64,000 bases of DNA from a bacterium (GTDB taxonomy: Bacteria; Verrucomicrobiota; Verrucomicrobiia; Verrucomicrobiales; Akkermansiaceae): NCBI GenBank assembly GCA_018222765.1, contig JAAEZT010000014.1, forward strand, positions 37,007 to 101,006, in the 5' to 3' direction. Positions 36,757-46,848 of the stretch are shown here, one piece after another. The notes under the pieces are model-generated. The model ran no database searches. It had not been told where the DNA came from and was given only the letters and a program-made list of their open reading frames with translations. Positions within the stretch are counted from its first letter, which is position 1. Each line of letters begins with the position of its first letter. A program made the translations under genes and the position numbers.

Positions 36757-38232
36757 ATGAAGCAACTGATCATTCTCACTCTCTTCCTCCTGACCCGGTT
36801 GGGTGGTGCTGAATCTCCGCCGCGGCCGAATATCATTCTCCTGATGGGGGATGACCATGGCTGGGAAGAAGTGGGTTACAATGGGCATCCTTATCTGAAG
36901 ACGCCCTTTCTCGATGAGATGGCCGCCTCCGGATTGCGACTCGATAATTTCTATGCCCAACCGGTTTGCTCTCCTACCCGGGGCAATGTCCTGACTGGTC
37001 GGCATCCCAATCGTTACGGAACCTTTACTCCCGGTTGCTCGCTTCGGCCCGAGGAGATTACGGTGGCTCATCTTCTGAGCAAGGCGGGATACGGGACAGG
37101 GCATTTTGGGAAGTGGCATGTTGGCCCGGTGAAGAAAGAGTCGCCCACCAACCCAGGCGCGATGGGTTTTGATGAATGGCTTTCGCATGATAATTTCTTC
37201 GAGATGGATCCGGTCTTCTCCCGTAACGGGGGAGCGCCCAAAAAATTCTACGGCGAAAGTTCGGAAATTCTCATCGATGAAGCGATTAACTATATCGAGA
37301 AGAAGAAAAATGCGGAGGCGCCCTTCTTCACTGTCATTTGGTTTGGCTCTCCGCACGAACCGTATAGCGGATTGGAAACCGACCTGGCCCTCTATCGTGA
37401 TCTCCCCAAAGAGTTTGCACCAGGAGAGGTGAGTTTAACTTCCAACGAAACCGGGTCGCGAGTCAAGAGACCTCAGCGGGAGGTCTTGATTGAACGCTTT
37501 GCGGAGATCACTGCGATGGATCGATCGATTGGGAAATTACGTAATGCTCTCAAAACACTCGGGCTGCGGGACAATACCTTGCTATGGTATTGCGGCGATA
37601 ATGGCACGCCTCCAAGCGCCTTAACGAAGTCCCGCTTTCGTGGTGTGAAGGGAAAGGTTTACGAGAACGGGATTCGTGTTCCCGGAGTGATTGAATGGCC
37701 CAATGGGATTTCGAGGCCTCGCACTTCGAGTGTGAATTCTGTGACCTCTGATATCCTACCAACCTTGTGTGCCCTGGCTGGCGCAAAGACGCCGAAAGTG
37801 CCTTTGGATGGCGTTAATCTCGTTCCGGTTTTTAATGGAGAGATGAAAAAGCGTGGCGAAGCGATTGAGTTTTGGAACATTCGTGGAATGGGATCGGGAA
37901 AGCCTTATATCGATCCGGAGCTTCAGAAAGGAACCACTCCTTTGGTGAAGAAAATGGGAAATATCTTCACGCGTAATTTTCGGAACGATCATTACGAGGA
38001 AATCAGGGAGAAGGATTTCCTTGGAGCGCGCGCGATTTTGACGGATGATTATAAGTTGGTTATTGATGGCGGGAAGGGAACGGGGGCTGAACTCTTCGAT
38101 CTCAAGAAAGACTCCGGGGAGAAAAATAATATTGCGGTAGAGAACCCGGATGTTGTGGAGAAATTGACGAAGCAGTTGCGTGGCTGGCAGGAGAGCGTTT
38201 TGAACAGCCTGATGGGAAAGGATTATAAGTAG
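36757..38232 (+). CDS. Sulfatase (Cys-type)
   Basis: The ATG at 36757 begins MKQLIILTLFLLTRLGGA (signal peptide); the listed ORF starts upstream at 36670. Blocks are PNIILLMGDDHGW and PVCSPTRGNVLTG. Confidence 0.85.
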   Translation: MKQLIILTLFLLTRLGGAESPPRPNIILLMGDDHGWEEVGYNGHPYLKTPFLDEMAASGLRLDNFYAQPVCSPTRGNVLTGRHPNRYGTFTPGCSLRPEEITVAHLLSKAGYGTGHFGKWHVGPVKKESPTNPGAMGFDEWLSHDNFFEMDPVFSRNGGAPKKFYGESSEILIDEAINYIEKKKNAEAPFFTVIWFGSPHEPYSGLETDLALYRDLPKEFAPGEVSLTSNETGSRVKRPQREVLIERFAEITAMDRSIGKLRNALKTLGLRDNTLLWYCGDNGTPPSALTKSRFRGVKGKVYENGIRVPGVIEWPNGISRPRTSSVNSVTSDILPTLCALAGAKTPKVPLDGVNLVPVFNGEMKKRGEAIEFWNIRGMGSGKPYIDPELQKGTTPLVKKMGNIFTRNFRNDHYEEIREKDFLGARAILTDDYKLVIDGGKGTGAELFDLKKDSGEKNNIAVENPDVVEKLTKQLRGWQESVLNSLMGKDYK

Positions 38233-38275
38233 CTTTCGTATTTTATAGGTCCTCTTTCCCGGGAGGATCAGGTTG

Positions 38276-39487
38276 CTATTTGGCAGAGGAGGATACCAAC
38301 TTGCCGTCAATGATGACATACGTGGTATGAGTGGTGGTTTCGAGCGGGTCGCCGTCGAAGAGGGCGAGGTCGGCATCTTTGCCTTTTTGGAGGGAGCCGA
38401 TTTTGTCGTCGAGGTCGAGGATCTGAGCTGGGTAGAGAGTGCAAGCGGCGAGGGCGATTTCTTGAGGAAGTCCGTAGGCGGCGGCGAGGGCGGCTTCGAA
38501 GTGGACCACGCGGGTTTTGGGAACGTATTTTTCGTAGCCGGACTGGAAGGCGAAGGGGATGCCTTTTTTGTGGAGTTGGGCGGCGAGGGTGAAGGTCATG
38601 TTTTCGAGGTCACCGTAGGGGCGGGCCATGGTGGGGTGGACGATGACGGGAATGCCGGCTGCTTTGATTTCGTTGAGTAGGAGGTAGGCCTCGGAAGCGC
38701 CATCGAGGATGAGATCGAAGCCAAATTCTTCGCGTAGGCGAAGGGCGGCGGCGATGTCCTGATGACGGTGGGCGTTGATGAGGAGCGGAGTCTTTTTGTT
38801 CAGAACATTGGCGAGGGTTTGCAGCTTGATGTTGCGCGGAGGGGCGTCTTTCTCGGGATCATCGTTGGCTTGGGCAATTTTGGTGGCGTGGGTCCGGGCT
38901 TTGAGGAACTCGGCGCGGAGGAGGGCGATCGCTTTGGAGCGGGTGCCAGGGGATTTGCTGAGAGCTCCCTTTCCGAGAGTGGCGGCGACGGCGGAGGTGG
39001 GAGCGAGGGTGTCCCTGATCGAGGTGATGGAGGGGACGTTGGTTTTGACGACCATGAGCTGGCCGGAGATGAGCGTTCCGGGGGAGTGGCCGGTGTGGAG
39101 GGTGGTGACGCCGAGATCACGGATCCACTTCACGAGCGGATCGCGTCCGTTGTAGGCATCGATGGCGCGGAGTTCGGGTTGGATGGGCGCGGATTTATCG
39201 AGTTGTTCTTGGTCGTGTTGGGGGGAGTTGAGAATGCCGGAAAGCCCGACGGTGGTGTGGGCGTCGATGATGCCGGGAGTGGCGACTTTGGCAGTGATGG
39301 TTTGATAGCCGGCGGGGATTTTGAGGTTGCTACCGACAGCCTCGATTTTTCCGTCGGGTCCGCAGAGGACGATGGCCTTCTTGATCGGCTTCAGGTCGCC
39401 GGTCATGGGGAAGAGGAGATCGGCTTTGACCGCGATTTGGCCGGAGGCCGTTGCCGAGAGGAGAATGAGGATGAGAGATTTGAACAT
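38276..39487 (-). CDS. Secreted amidohydrolase-superfamily protein (COG1228-like)
   Basis: 403 aa with a signal peptide. Blocks are PGIIDAHTTVG, a later INAHRHQDI and DADLALFDGDPLE, typical of metal-dependent amidohydrolases. Confidence 0.7.
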   Translation of the reverse strand: MFKSLILILLSATASGQIAVKADLLFPMTGDLKPIKKAIVLCGPDGKIEAVGSNLKIPAGYQTITAKVATPGIIDAHTTVGLSGILNSPQHDQEQLDKSAPIQPELRAIDAYNGRDPLVKWIRDLGVTTLHTGHSPGTLISGQLMVVKTNVPSITSIRDTLAPTSAVAATLGKGALSKSPGTRSKAIALLRAEFLKARTHATKIAQANDDPEKDAPPRNIKLQTLANVLNKKTPLLINAHRHQDIAAALRLREEFGFDLILDGASEAYLLLNEIKAAGIPVIVHPTMARPYGDLENMTFTLAAQLHKKGIPFAFQSGYEKYVPKTRVVHFEAALAAAYGLPQEIALAACTLYPAQILDLDDKIGSLQKGKDADLALFDGDPLETTTHTTYVIIDGKLVSSSAK

Positions 39488-39505
39488 GGTTCGAGGAAAG
39501 TTGGA

Positions 39506-40831
39506 TTAACGATAGAAGCAGCAGCCAGCGGCTTTGCGGTTGTGTCCGGCGCCGTAGCCGCCCTCCGCGAAGAGGCGGTCTTGTTTGTTGGCAAGGTCGA
39601 AAACTTTAGTGCCTTCGATATGGGTTTCGAGGACGCGGGTGTAGATGGAGAAGGGATCGCCAGAGAGCATGACGAAGTCGGCTTGCTTACCGGGTGCGAG
39701 TGAGCCAGTGGATTTGTCGAGGTCGAGCATTTTGGCGCCGGCGAGGGTGAGGCCTTCGAGGGCTTTCTCCCGGGACATCCCGGCCCGGACGCCGATGGCG
39801 GCATTGCGGAGGAACCAGCGTGAGTCGTTGATGGGATCGTCGGTGTGGAAGGCGGTGAGGACGCCGCGTTTTTCGAGCTCGGCTCCGTTTTTCCATTCGA
39901 AGTCGCGGGCCTCCAGTTTGCCGCCGGGTGAGTCGAGGAAGATGATCGAGCATGCCACATCGGCGGCCGCAATTTCGTCGGCCACTTTCCAGGCCTCGGA
40001 GACGTGGTGGAGGACGACTTTGAAACCGAACTCTTCTTTTAGGCGAAGGACGGTGAGGATGTCATCGTGACGATGAGTGTGATGATGGACAGTGCGTTTT
40101 CCCTCGAGAATGTCGGCGAGAGTTTCAAGGGCGAGATCGCGTTCGAAGGGTTTCTCGGGATCAGCTTTGGCGCGCTTTATTTGGTAGGCTTGTGCGTCGA
40201 GGAATTTTTGGCGCACGAGCGCGGCGGATTTTCCACGAGTGCCGGGGAAGGGACCGGATTCGCGGATGGAATTGGTGCCGTTAGCCATCTTGACCCCTCC
40301 GGCGAGCGAGCCGTCGGGAAGTTTGATGGTGAGGTCCTCTACGGTGTTTCCTTTGCGGAGTTTGAGGTAGATCGTTTGGCCGGAAAGGAGATGGCCGGAG
40401 CCGGACATGAGGTTGACGGTGGTGACGCCACCGGCGCGGGCTTTATCGATGGAGGTGTCACGGACGTCGATGGAATCCATGACACGGACTTCGGGTTGGA
40501 TGGGCGATGAGCTATCGCCTCCGGAGACTTGACCAATGTGGGAGTGGGTACAAATCAGGCCGGGGATGATGGTCTTTCCGGTGCAATCGATTTGCTCGGC
40601 ACCGGCGGGAATGTCTACTGTCTCGGAGGGCCCGACCGAGATGATGGTGGTGCCTTTGATAAGGAGGGTGCCTTTTTCGATCTTGCCCGAAGAGACCGGG
40701 TAGATCGTGGCGTTTGTATAGGCCTTGATCTTTGGAGACGGATCGGATTCCGAAGAATCCTGAGCCGAAGAAAAGAGCAGTAGTCCGGCGAGAGGTGCCA
40801 GGGCGAGAAAGAGGAGCTTGCGGGTTCGCAT
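39506..40831 (-). CDS. Secreted amidohydrolase-superfamily protein (COG1228-like), paralogue of the downstream gene
   Basis: 441 aa with a signal peptide. Blocks are PGLICTHSHIG, VHHHTHRHDDI and QADFVMLSGDPFS. It lies 18 nt upstream of the paralogue on the same strand. Confidence 0.7.
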   Translation of the reverse strand: MRTRKLLFLALAPLAGLLLFSSAQDSSESDPSPKIKAYTNATIYPVSSGKIEKGTLLIKGTTIISVGPSETVDIPAGAEQIDCTGKTIIPGLICTHSHIGQVSGGDSSSPIQPEVRVMDSIDVRDTSIDKARAGGVTTVNLMSGSGHLLSGQTIYLKLRKGNTVEDLTIKLPDGSLAGGVKMANGTNSIRESGPFPGTRGKSAALVRQKFLDAQAYQIKRAKADPEKPFERDLALETLADILEGKRTVHHHTHRHDDILTVLRLKEEFGFKVVLHHVSEAWKVADEIAAADVACSIIFLDSPGGKLEARDFEWKNGAELEKRGVLTAFHTDDPINDSRWFLRNAAIGVRAGMSREKALEGLTLAGAKMLDLDKSTGSLAPGKQADFVMLSGDPFSIYTRVLETHIEGTKVFDLANKQDRLFAEGGYGAGHNRKAAGCCFYR

Positions 40832-40919
40832 GGCGTGAGAGTGCAGGGTGAATTATGAAGAGTGAAGGCTGAATCCCGAGAGTTGTCTCTTTCTGGGATC
40901 TGAAATAGAACGATGGCAG

Positions 40920-41933
40920 ATGATGAAAGCGATTCAGTTTATTCGGAATAGCAGCGAGGCGGGAGCTGCCGTTGATGTTGAGTTGCCGCTACCAGTGGCG
41001 GGAGGGTATGATCTTTTGGTAAAGATCGAGGCCATTGCGATGAATCCGGTGGACTACAAGGTGCGTCCGGCTGAGGGATCTGATCCGAAGACGCTGGGAT
41101 TTGATGCCGCGGGTACGGTGGTAGGTGTTGGTGATGAAGTTACTCTCTTCGCGGAAGGTGATGAGGTTTACTTCGCAGGAGATGTCACGCGTCCGGGGAC
41201 GAATGCGGAGTATCAGTTGGTGGATGAGCGTATCGTAGCGAAACGTCCTACGACGCTCGATGTCGTGAAGAGCGCGGCGCTTCCATTGACAGCTCTCACG
41301 GCTTGGGAGTCGTTGTTTGATCGACTTGGAATTGATTTTGATAACGCGAACGGAAATGTCGGAAAGTCGCTTCTCATTATTGGAGGCGCTGGTGGTGTGG
41401 GATCGATGGCCATGCAATTGGCGAAGCTCGCGGGCTTGACGGTAATCGCGACAGCTTCGCGTTCTGAAAGTAGTGAGTGGTGTCGAAATCTCGGAGCTGA
41501 CCACATTATCAATCATCACGGAGACATGCCGGAGCAGGTTCGGGAGTTGGGCTTGGAGACCGTGGACTATATTGCGAACTTTAATGAGGTCGACAAAGTC
41601 TGGGAGGCCATGGGCGAGATGATTGCGCCGCAAGGGAGCCTTGTCTTGATCACCGGGCACCGTAGTCATCTTGACATGGTGGGAGCCTTCAAGATGAAGA
41701 GCGTGAGGATTTGTTGGGAGTTCATGTTTACTCGTTCGATGTTCGGAACCTACGATCTCATCGAGCAACATGAGATCCTCAAGCGAGTGGCAAACTTGGT
41801 CGATGAAGGAAAGATCATCGCGACTGCTAACGAAACACTCAGCCCGATCAATGCGGAAAATATTCTCGAGGGACATCGAAAGCTTGAGGCCGGATCGTCG
41901 ATTGGGAAACTTGTCATTTCAGGTTGGGAGTAA
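40920..41933 (+). CDS. Zinc-type alcohol dehydrogenase / quinone oxidoreductase family protein (MDR superfamily)
   Basis: 337 aa. Blocks are NPVDYKVR, GFDAAGTVVGVGDEVTLFAEGDEVYFAG and the Rossmann motif LLIIGGAGGVGSMAMQLAK. Confidence 0.8.
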   Translation: MMKAIQFIRNSSEAGAAVDVELPLPVAGGYDLLVKIEAIAMNPVDYKVRPAEGSDPKTLGFDAAGTVVGVGDEVTLFAEGDEVYFAGDVTRPGTNAEYQLVDERIVAKRPTTLDVVKSAALPLTALTAWESLFDRLGIDFDNANGNVGKSLLIIGGAGGVGSMAMQLAKLAGLTVIATASRSESSEWCRNLGADHIINHHGDMPEQVRELGLETVDYIANFNEVDKVWEAMGEMIAPQGSLVLITGHRSHLDMVGAFKMKSVRICWEFMFTRSMFGTYDLIEQHEILKRVANLVDEGKIIATANETLSPINAENILEGHRKLEAGSSIGKLVISGWE

Positions 41934-42184
41934 AACCATTACAAAGAGATTCATGTTTAAACTCACCATCGTGGCCAACATCTGCGCCTAGGCCGGGAAA
42001 ATTGGTTTTGTGAAAGTCGAGCTGCTGAAACTGATCGATCCCACCTGTTCAAAGTCGGGCAGCTTGCTAGCAGCTAGAACAGTGCGTTGAGGTGTTGAGG
42101 GTCCTCATTGGTGGGGCGGCAGCCTGATCTTGACGGAAGAGGGAGCTGCGACTAATAAGACGGATCCATTTCCGGAACATAGCA

Positions 42185-42712
42185 ATGCAAAACAATTTGA
42201 TTCTCAATTCTGTTCTTTGTCTTCTTCTATCGATTTCTGCCGTTGCTCAAGAAGATGTTGAAAGTCCTTCACTCAAAACGCTGCATCAGGCGATCGCTGA
42301 ACTAGTTGTCCGGCATTATCCCAAGGCAACCTCGCATGTCTTTGAGCGAACAATAGGGTTTGAATATTCGACGCGCGTCTATGTCACGTCAGTCGTATCT
42401 AAGAGACTCCCTGGATCGGAAGTGCTTCTTGCTCCGGAACGCGGCCCAATGGACGATGGTGTCTGGTGTAACGTTTGGTGCCGCAAAGGGGACTTGGAAA
42501 CAGAGCCAGCCTACGCTAGAAGTGAGGGGGTAACGACGCGAAAATTTTTCAAAGAACACATCTACTATCCGAACGACAGTCGAAAGAAGTGCCATTTGCT
42601 GGTCACCTTGCGACTTCCAATAGAGACAACAAATGAACAAAGGAAATTCGTTAAGGAGTTGCGTGGATTGTTAAACCAGTTTGGAAAATATCTGCCTGCA
42701 AAGAATGGCTAA
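42185..42712 (+). CDS. Hypothetical secreted protein (orphan) in a locally A+T-richer stretch
   Basis: 175-aa ORF with signal peptide MQNNLILNSVLCLLLSISAVAQ. No motif recognised. Codons are visibly more A/T-ending than in neighbouring genes. Confidence 0.5.
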   Translation: MQNNLILNSVLCLLLSISAVAQEDVESPSLKTLHQAIAELVVRHYPKATSHVFERTIGFEYSTRVYVTSVVSKRLPGSEVLLAPERGPMDDGVWCNVWCRKGDLETEPAYARSEGVTTRKFFKEHIYYPNDSRKKCHLLVTLRLPIETTNEQRKFVKELRGLLNQFGKYLPAKNG

Positions 42713-42894
42713 CCATCGCGTGAACCGGAGCGGAGAATCCTCTTCGAGGAGTCGGTTTCCAAGATGCGGCGACTACCAATGACGACGCCGAAGAGTAGCC
42801 AGTTCTGGGAAAGGGCTATGGTGCTTCCGGAGGGGGTGTCAATGAGGTTCCTCCTCTGCCTTGACTGCTGCCGCGGACAAGCTCTTGCCCTAGT

Positions 42895-45800
42895 TTAGGT
42901 GAGCTTGTGATGTTCTTGCAGCGGAGTCACTGTGAATTCTCTGTCTTGCAATGAGCGGATGGCTTTGACAGAGGCTTCGGCGGCGCTGAGGTTGGTGCAG
43001 TGACTGATCTTGTGCTGCACGGCACTGGAGCGGATTTTGATTTCGTCCTCGCGGGCTTCGTGGCCGCTCGGGGTGTTGATGATGAAGTCGATGTCGCCGT
43101 TTTTCATCATGTCGATGACATTGGGGCGTTTTTGCTCGGCGAGTTTGTAGAGGCGGTTGACTTCGATGCCTTCGACTTCGAGGCGTTTGAAGGTGCCACC
43201 AGTGGCGTGGATCTTGAAACCGAGGTTGGCGAGGTCTCTTGCGATGGTGACGGCGCGGTCTTTGTCGCGGTCGTTGACGGAGAAGAAGACGTTGCCTTCC
43301 TTTGGCAGCGGGTTGAAGGCGCTGATCTGAGCCTTGGCGTATGCCATGCCGAGGTCTTGGTCGGCTCCCATGACTTCGCCGGTGGATTTCATTTCCGGTC
43401 CGAGGACGATGTCGATGCCGGGGAAGCGGCCCCAGGGGAAGACGGCTTCTTTTACGCAGAAGCACGGGGGCATGGTCTCTTCAGTAAAGCCGAGGTCGAC
43501 GAGCTTTTCACCAACCATGATCTTGGCGGCGAGTTTGGCGAGCGGGATGCCGATGGATTTGGAGACGAAAGGCACGGTGCGGGAGGCCCGTGGGTTGACT
43601 TCGATGACGTAGAGTTCGTCGTCTTTGACCGCGAACTGGATGTTCATGAGGCCGCGAACTTCGAGTTCCTTGGCGAGGGCTTTCGCTCCGATAAGGATTT
43701 CGTTTTTGATTTTGTCACTGAGTGAGAAGGCCGGGATGACGCAGGCGGAGTCGCCCGAGTGGATGCCGGCTTGCTCGATGTGCTCCATGATGGCGCCGAC
43801 CACGGAGGTGTCGCCGTCGGAGATACAGTCAACGTCAACTTCGGTGGCGTTCTCGAGGAAGCGGTCGACGAGGATGGGACGATCGGGAGCGATGTCGGTG
43901 GCGTTCTTGATGTAGGTGCGGAGTTCGTCGTCGTTGTAAACGATCATCATACCGCGTCCGCCGAGGACGAAGCTGGGGCGGACGAGAACAGGGAAGCCAA
44001 TGCGGTCTGCGATGGCGACGGCCTCGTCCTCAGAAACCGCGGTACCGGCTTCGGCTTGCTTGAGGCCAATCTTGTCGAGGAGGGTAGAGAAGAACTTTCG
44101 GTCCTCGGCGAGCTCGATGGACTTGGGAGAGGTGCCGATGATGGGGACGCCGTGGCGTTCGAGATCGGCGGCAAGGTTGAGCGGAGTTTGACCTCCGAAC
44201 TGGACGATAACGCCGTCGGGCTTTTCTTGATCGCAGATGTTGAGAACGTCCTCGAGAGTGAGGGGCTCGAAGTAAAGCTTGTCCGAGGTGTCGTAGTCTG
44301 TGGAGACGGTCTCGGGGTTGGAGTTGACCATGACGGATTCGTATCCGAGCTCGCGGAGGGCGAAGGAGGCGTGGACGCAGCAGTAATCGAATTCAATTCC
44401 TTGGCCGATGCGGTTCGGGCCGCCGCCGAGGATGACGATTTTCTTGGCGTCGGATTCGCGGGCTTCGTTTTCGTCGCCGTAGGTCGAGTAGTAGTAAGGT
44501 GTGGCGGCTTCGAATTCTGCAGCGCAGGTATCGACGAGGCGGTAAGTCGGAATGATGCCCTTTTCTTTCCTTTCGGCGCGAACGTCGTCCTGAGAAATAC
44601 CACGTGCGTGGGCGATTTGGACGTCGGAGAAGCCGAGCTTCTTAGCGCGGCGGAGGTCGAGGTTGGCGAGGTTGCTTCCTTCTTCCACGATGGTTCGCAT
44701 GTTCTCGAGGAACCACGGATCAATTTGGGTGGCGTCGAAGATTTCCTCGATGGTCCAACCTTGTTCGAAGGCAACCTTCAGCCAGAAGATACGCTCGGCG
44801 TTTGGCACGATGAGCTTCCGCTCGATCTGTTCGCGAGTAGCCTCAGGATCTTTTCCGTCGAAGCCGAAGCCAAAGCGTCCGGTCTCGAGTGAGCGGAGAG
44901 ATTTTTGGAGAGATTCTTTAAAGGTGCGTCCGATGGACATGGCTTCACCGACGGCCTTCATGGAAGTGGTGAGAACGGGATCGGCGGTGGGGAATTTTTC
45001 GAAAGTGAAGCGGGGAACCTTGGTGACGACGTAGTCGATGGAAGGCTCGAAGCTGGCGGGAGTTTCGCGGGTGATGTCGTTGGGGAGTTCGTCGAGGGTG
45101 TAACCGACGGCGAGCTTAGCGGCGATCTTGGCGATGGGGAACCCGGTGGCTTTGGAGGCGAGCGCGGAAGAGCGGCTCACGCGGGGGTTCATTTCGATAA
45201 CGATGCAGCGGCCGGTTTTGGGATCAACGGAGAACTGGATGTTGGATCCGCCGGTTTCGACGCCGATTTCGCGGATGACGGCGAAGGAAGCATCGCGCAT
45301 GATTTGGTATTCGCGATCGGAGAGAGTCTGGGCGGGAGCGACCGTGATGGAGTCGCCGGTGTGGACGCCCATCGGGTCGAGGTTTTCAATGGAGCAAATG
45401 ACGACGCAGTTGTCGGCGTGGTCACGCATGACTTCCATTTCGTATTCCTTCCAACCGAGGAGGCATTCTTCGACGAGGACTTCGGTGGTGGGTGAGAGGT
45501 CGAGTCCGCGGTGGACGATGGTTTCAAATTCTTCTTTGTTGTAGGCGATGCCTCCGCCGGTGCCGCCGAGGGTGAAGGCCGGGCGGATGACGAGGGGCAT
45601 GGAGCCAATTTCGGCGGCGATTGCTTTCGCTTCCTCCATCGAGTGGGCCACACCGGAGACGGGAAGATCGAGGCCGATCTTAATCATGGCGTCTTTGAAA
45701 CGCTGGCGGTTTTCGCCCTTGTCGATGGCGTCGGCATTGGCGCCGATCATGCGGACGCCGTGTTTGTCGAGAGTGCCTGTTTCGAAGAGTTCGATGGAAA

Positions 45801-46092
45801 CGTTGAGGGCGGTTTGTCCGCCGAGGGTGGGGAGAAGAGCATCGGGCTTCTCCTTGATGATGATTTTTTCGATGGACTCGGGCGTGATGGGCTCGATGTA
45901 GGTCCGCTCCGCGAATTGCGGATCGGTCATGATGGTAGCCGGGTTGGAGTTGACCAAGACGACCTCGTATCCTTCTTCGCGTAGGGCCTTGCAGGCCTGG
46001 GTGCCGGAATAGTCGAATTCGCATCCCTGTCCGATGACAATGGGGCCTGCTCCGACAACGAGAATTTTTTTGATGCTGGTATCCTTGGGCAT
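42895..46092 (-). CDS. carB: Carbamoyl-phosphate synthase large subunit
   Basis: 1065 aa with a duplicated ATP-grasp architecture. Blocks are [24 protein letters not shown], a second [25 protein letters not shown], and a C-terminal MGS-like domain. Confidence 0.95.
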   Translation of the reverse strand: MPKDTSIKKILVVGAGPIVIGQGCEFDYSGTQACKALREEGYEVVLVNSNPATIMTDPQFAERTYIEPITPESIEKIIIKEKPDALLPTLGGQTALNVSIELFETGTLDKHGVRMIGANADAIDKGENRQRFKDAMIKIGLDLPVSGVAHSMEEAKAIAAEIGSMPLVIRPAFTLGGTGGGIAYNKEEFETIVHRGLDLSPTTEVLVEECLLGWKEYEMEVMRDHADNCVVICSIENLDPMGVHTGDSITVAPAQTLSDREYQIMRDASFAVIREIGVETGGSNIQFSVDPKTGRCIVIEMNPRVSRSSALASKATGFPIAKIAAKLAVGYTLDELPNDITRETPASFEPSIDYVVTKVPRFTFEKFPTADPVLTTSMKAVGEAMSIGRTFKESLQKSLRSLETGRFGFGFDGKDPEATREQIERKLIVPNAERIFWLKVAFEQGWTIEEIFDATQIDPWFLENMRTIVEEGSNLANLDLRRAKKLGFSDVQIAHARGISQDDVRAERKEKGIIPTYRLVDTCAAEFEAATPYYYSTYGDENEARESDAKKIVILGGGPNRIGQGIEFDYCCVHASFALRELGYESVMVNSNPETVSTDYDTSDKLYFEPLTLEDVLNICDQEKPDGVIVQFGGQTPLNLAADLERHGVPIIGTSPKSIELAEDRKFFSTLLDKIGLKQAEAGTAVSEDEAVAIADRIGFPVLVRPSFVLGGRGMMIVYNDDELRTYIKNATDIAPDRPILVDRFLENATEVDVDCISDGDTSVVGAIMEHIEQAGIHSGDSACVIPAFSLSDKIKNEILIGAKALAKELEVRGLMNIQFAVKDDELYVIEVNPRASRTVPFVSKSIGIPLAKLAAKIMVGEKLVDLGFTEETMPPCFCVKEAVFPWGRFPGIDIVLGPEMKSTGEVMGADQDLGMAYAKAQISAFNPLPKEGNVFFSVNDRDKDRAVTIARDLANLGFKIHATGGTFKRLEVEGIEVNRLYKLAEQKRPNVIDMMKNGDIDFIINTPSGHEAREDEIKIRSSAVQHKISHCTNLSAAEASVKAIRSLQDREFTVTPLQEHHKLT

Positions 46093-46356
46093 GTTTCTAC
46101 AGCGGTATGGCTAAAACTTCGTGTATCTGCCAAGGGGGGGAGGTTTTGTAAAGCCCCTTCGCTTTAAATGGGGGGAGAGTGCCTGAATTGGCAGAGTTAG
46201 CCTTGAGTCGGGAGCTTCGGACGGGCGGTTTTCCTGTTTGAGGAGTCAGATGGCAATTTGGGAGAAATTGCGATTGTGAGGGAGAAAATTGAGGCAGTTG
46301 CTCATGGGACGAAGAGGGTTTAGGCTTGTAATGTTTGAGGGATTGAAAAGACGATT

Positions 46357-46824
46357 ATGGGCATTTTAAAGAAACCGGCGACCTGGGTGGCGGAGAAGAT
46401 TGCGGATGTCCTGCTTGGAGGGGATGTATTGGCGCCGGAGCGAGAGGGGACGGAGATCGATTGGCAGGGGATGGAGATCGAAAAACCGCGGAAGTTGGTG
46501 ACGGCGGGGATTCCGAGGATTCAGCTGGAATTGGCGATCGGAGCGGCGAATCGGCGTTTGGAAGAGAAAATGGATGCGGATGGCTGCCGAGCTTTGGTCA
46601 AGCGGGCTCCGGAGATCGAGCCGGGGGAAATGATGGTGGTGAAGCTGGGAGAGTCGTGTTCACTGACGATTGAGGGGCGGGATGGGAAATTGCTTTGGCT
46701 GGAATTGGTGGGAAGCGGGACGATGAATGAGTTTTTTTGGGATGAGATCTTGGGACGGGCCAGTGAGGTGGGGAGACCTGATGAGAGAAAAAAAAGGCCG
46801 CACTCCGGAGAGGGCGGCCTTTGA
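46357..46824 (+). CDS. Hypothetical protein
   Basis: 155-aa ORF with no recognised motif. Its last ~12 codons are encoded by the terminator hairpin at 46788..46822, so the 3' end and coding status are uncertain. Confidence 0.35.
   Translation: MGILKKPATWVAEKIADVLLGGDVLAPEREGTEIDWQGMEIEKPRKLVTAGIPRIQLELAIGAANRRLEEKMDADGCRALVKRAPEIEPGEMMVVKLGESCSLTIEGRDGKLLWLELVGSGTMNEFFWDEILGRASEVGRPDERKKRPHSGEGGL
46788..46822. terminator. Strong Rho-independent terminator, best oriented for the minus-strand mini-lipoprotein gene
   Basis: AAAAAAAAGGCCGC-(loop)-GCGGCCTTT. On the minus strand the perfect GC-rich stem is followed by a run of eight U. Confidence 0.75.
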
Positions 46825-46848
46825 AAAGAATTGATGAGAAGAAATTTA

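Noticed and set aside
36582-36836. N-terminal extensions of listed ORFs: 35061..36836, and likewise 52055..52273, 12948..13076, 36670..36756, 60813..60851, 63026..63103, 51003..51035, 22319..22390 and 55913..55936.
   Set aside because: In each case an internal ATG or GTG is immediately followed by a textbook signal peptide or the conserved family N-terminus. The upstream extension is motif-free, overlaps a neighbouring gene, or falls in an A+T-rich spacer.
38762-39703. 313-aa plus-strand ORF spanning the junction of the two amidohydrolase genes.
   Set aside because: It is antisense to two well-supported genes and crosses their intergenic spacer. Its composition is Gly/Asp/Glu/Val-rich with no recognisable domain.
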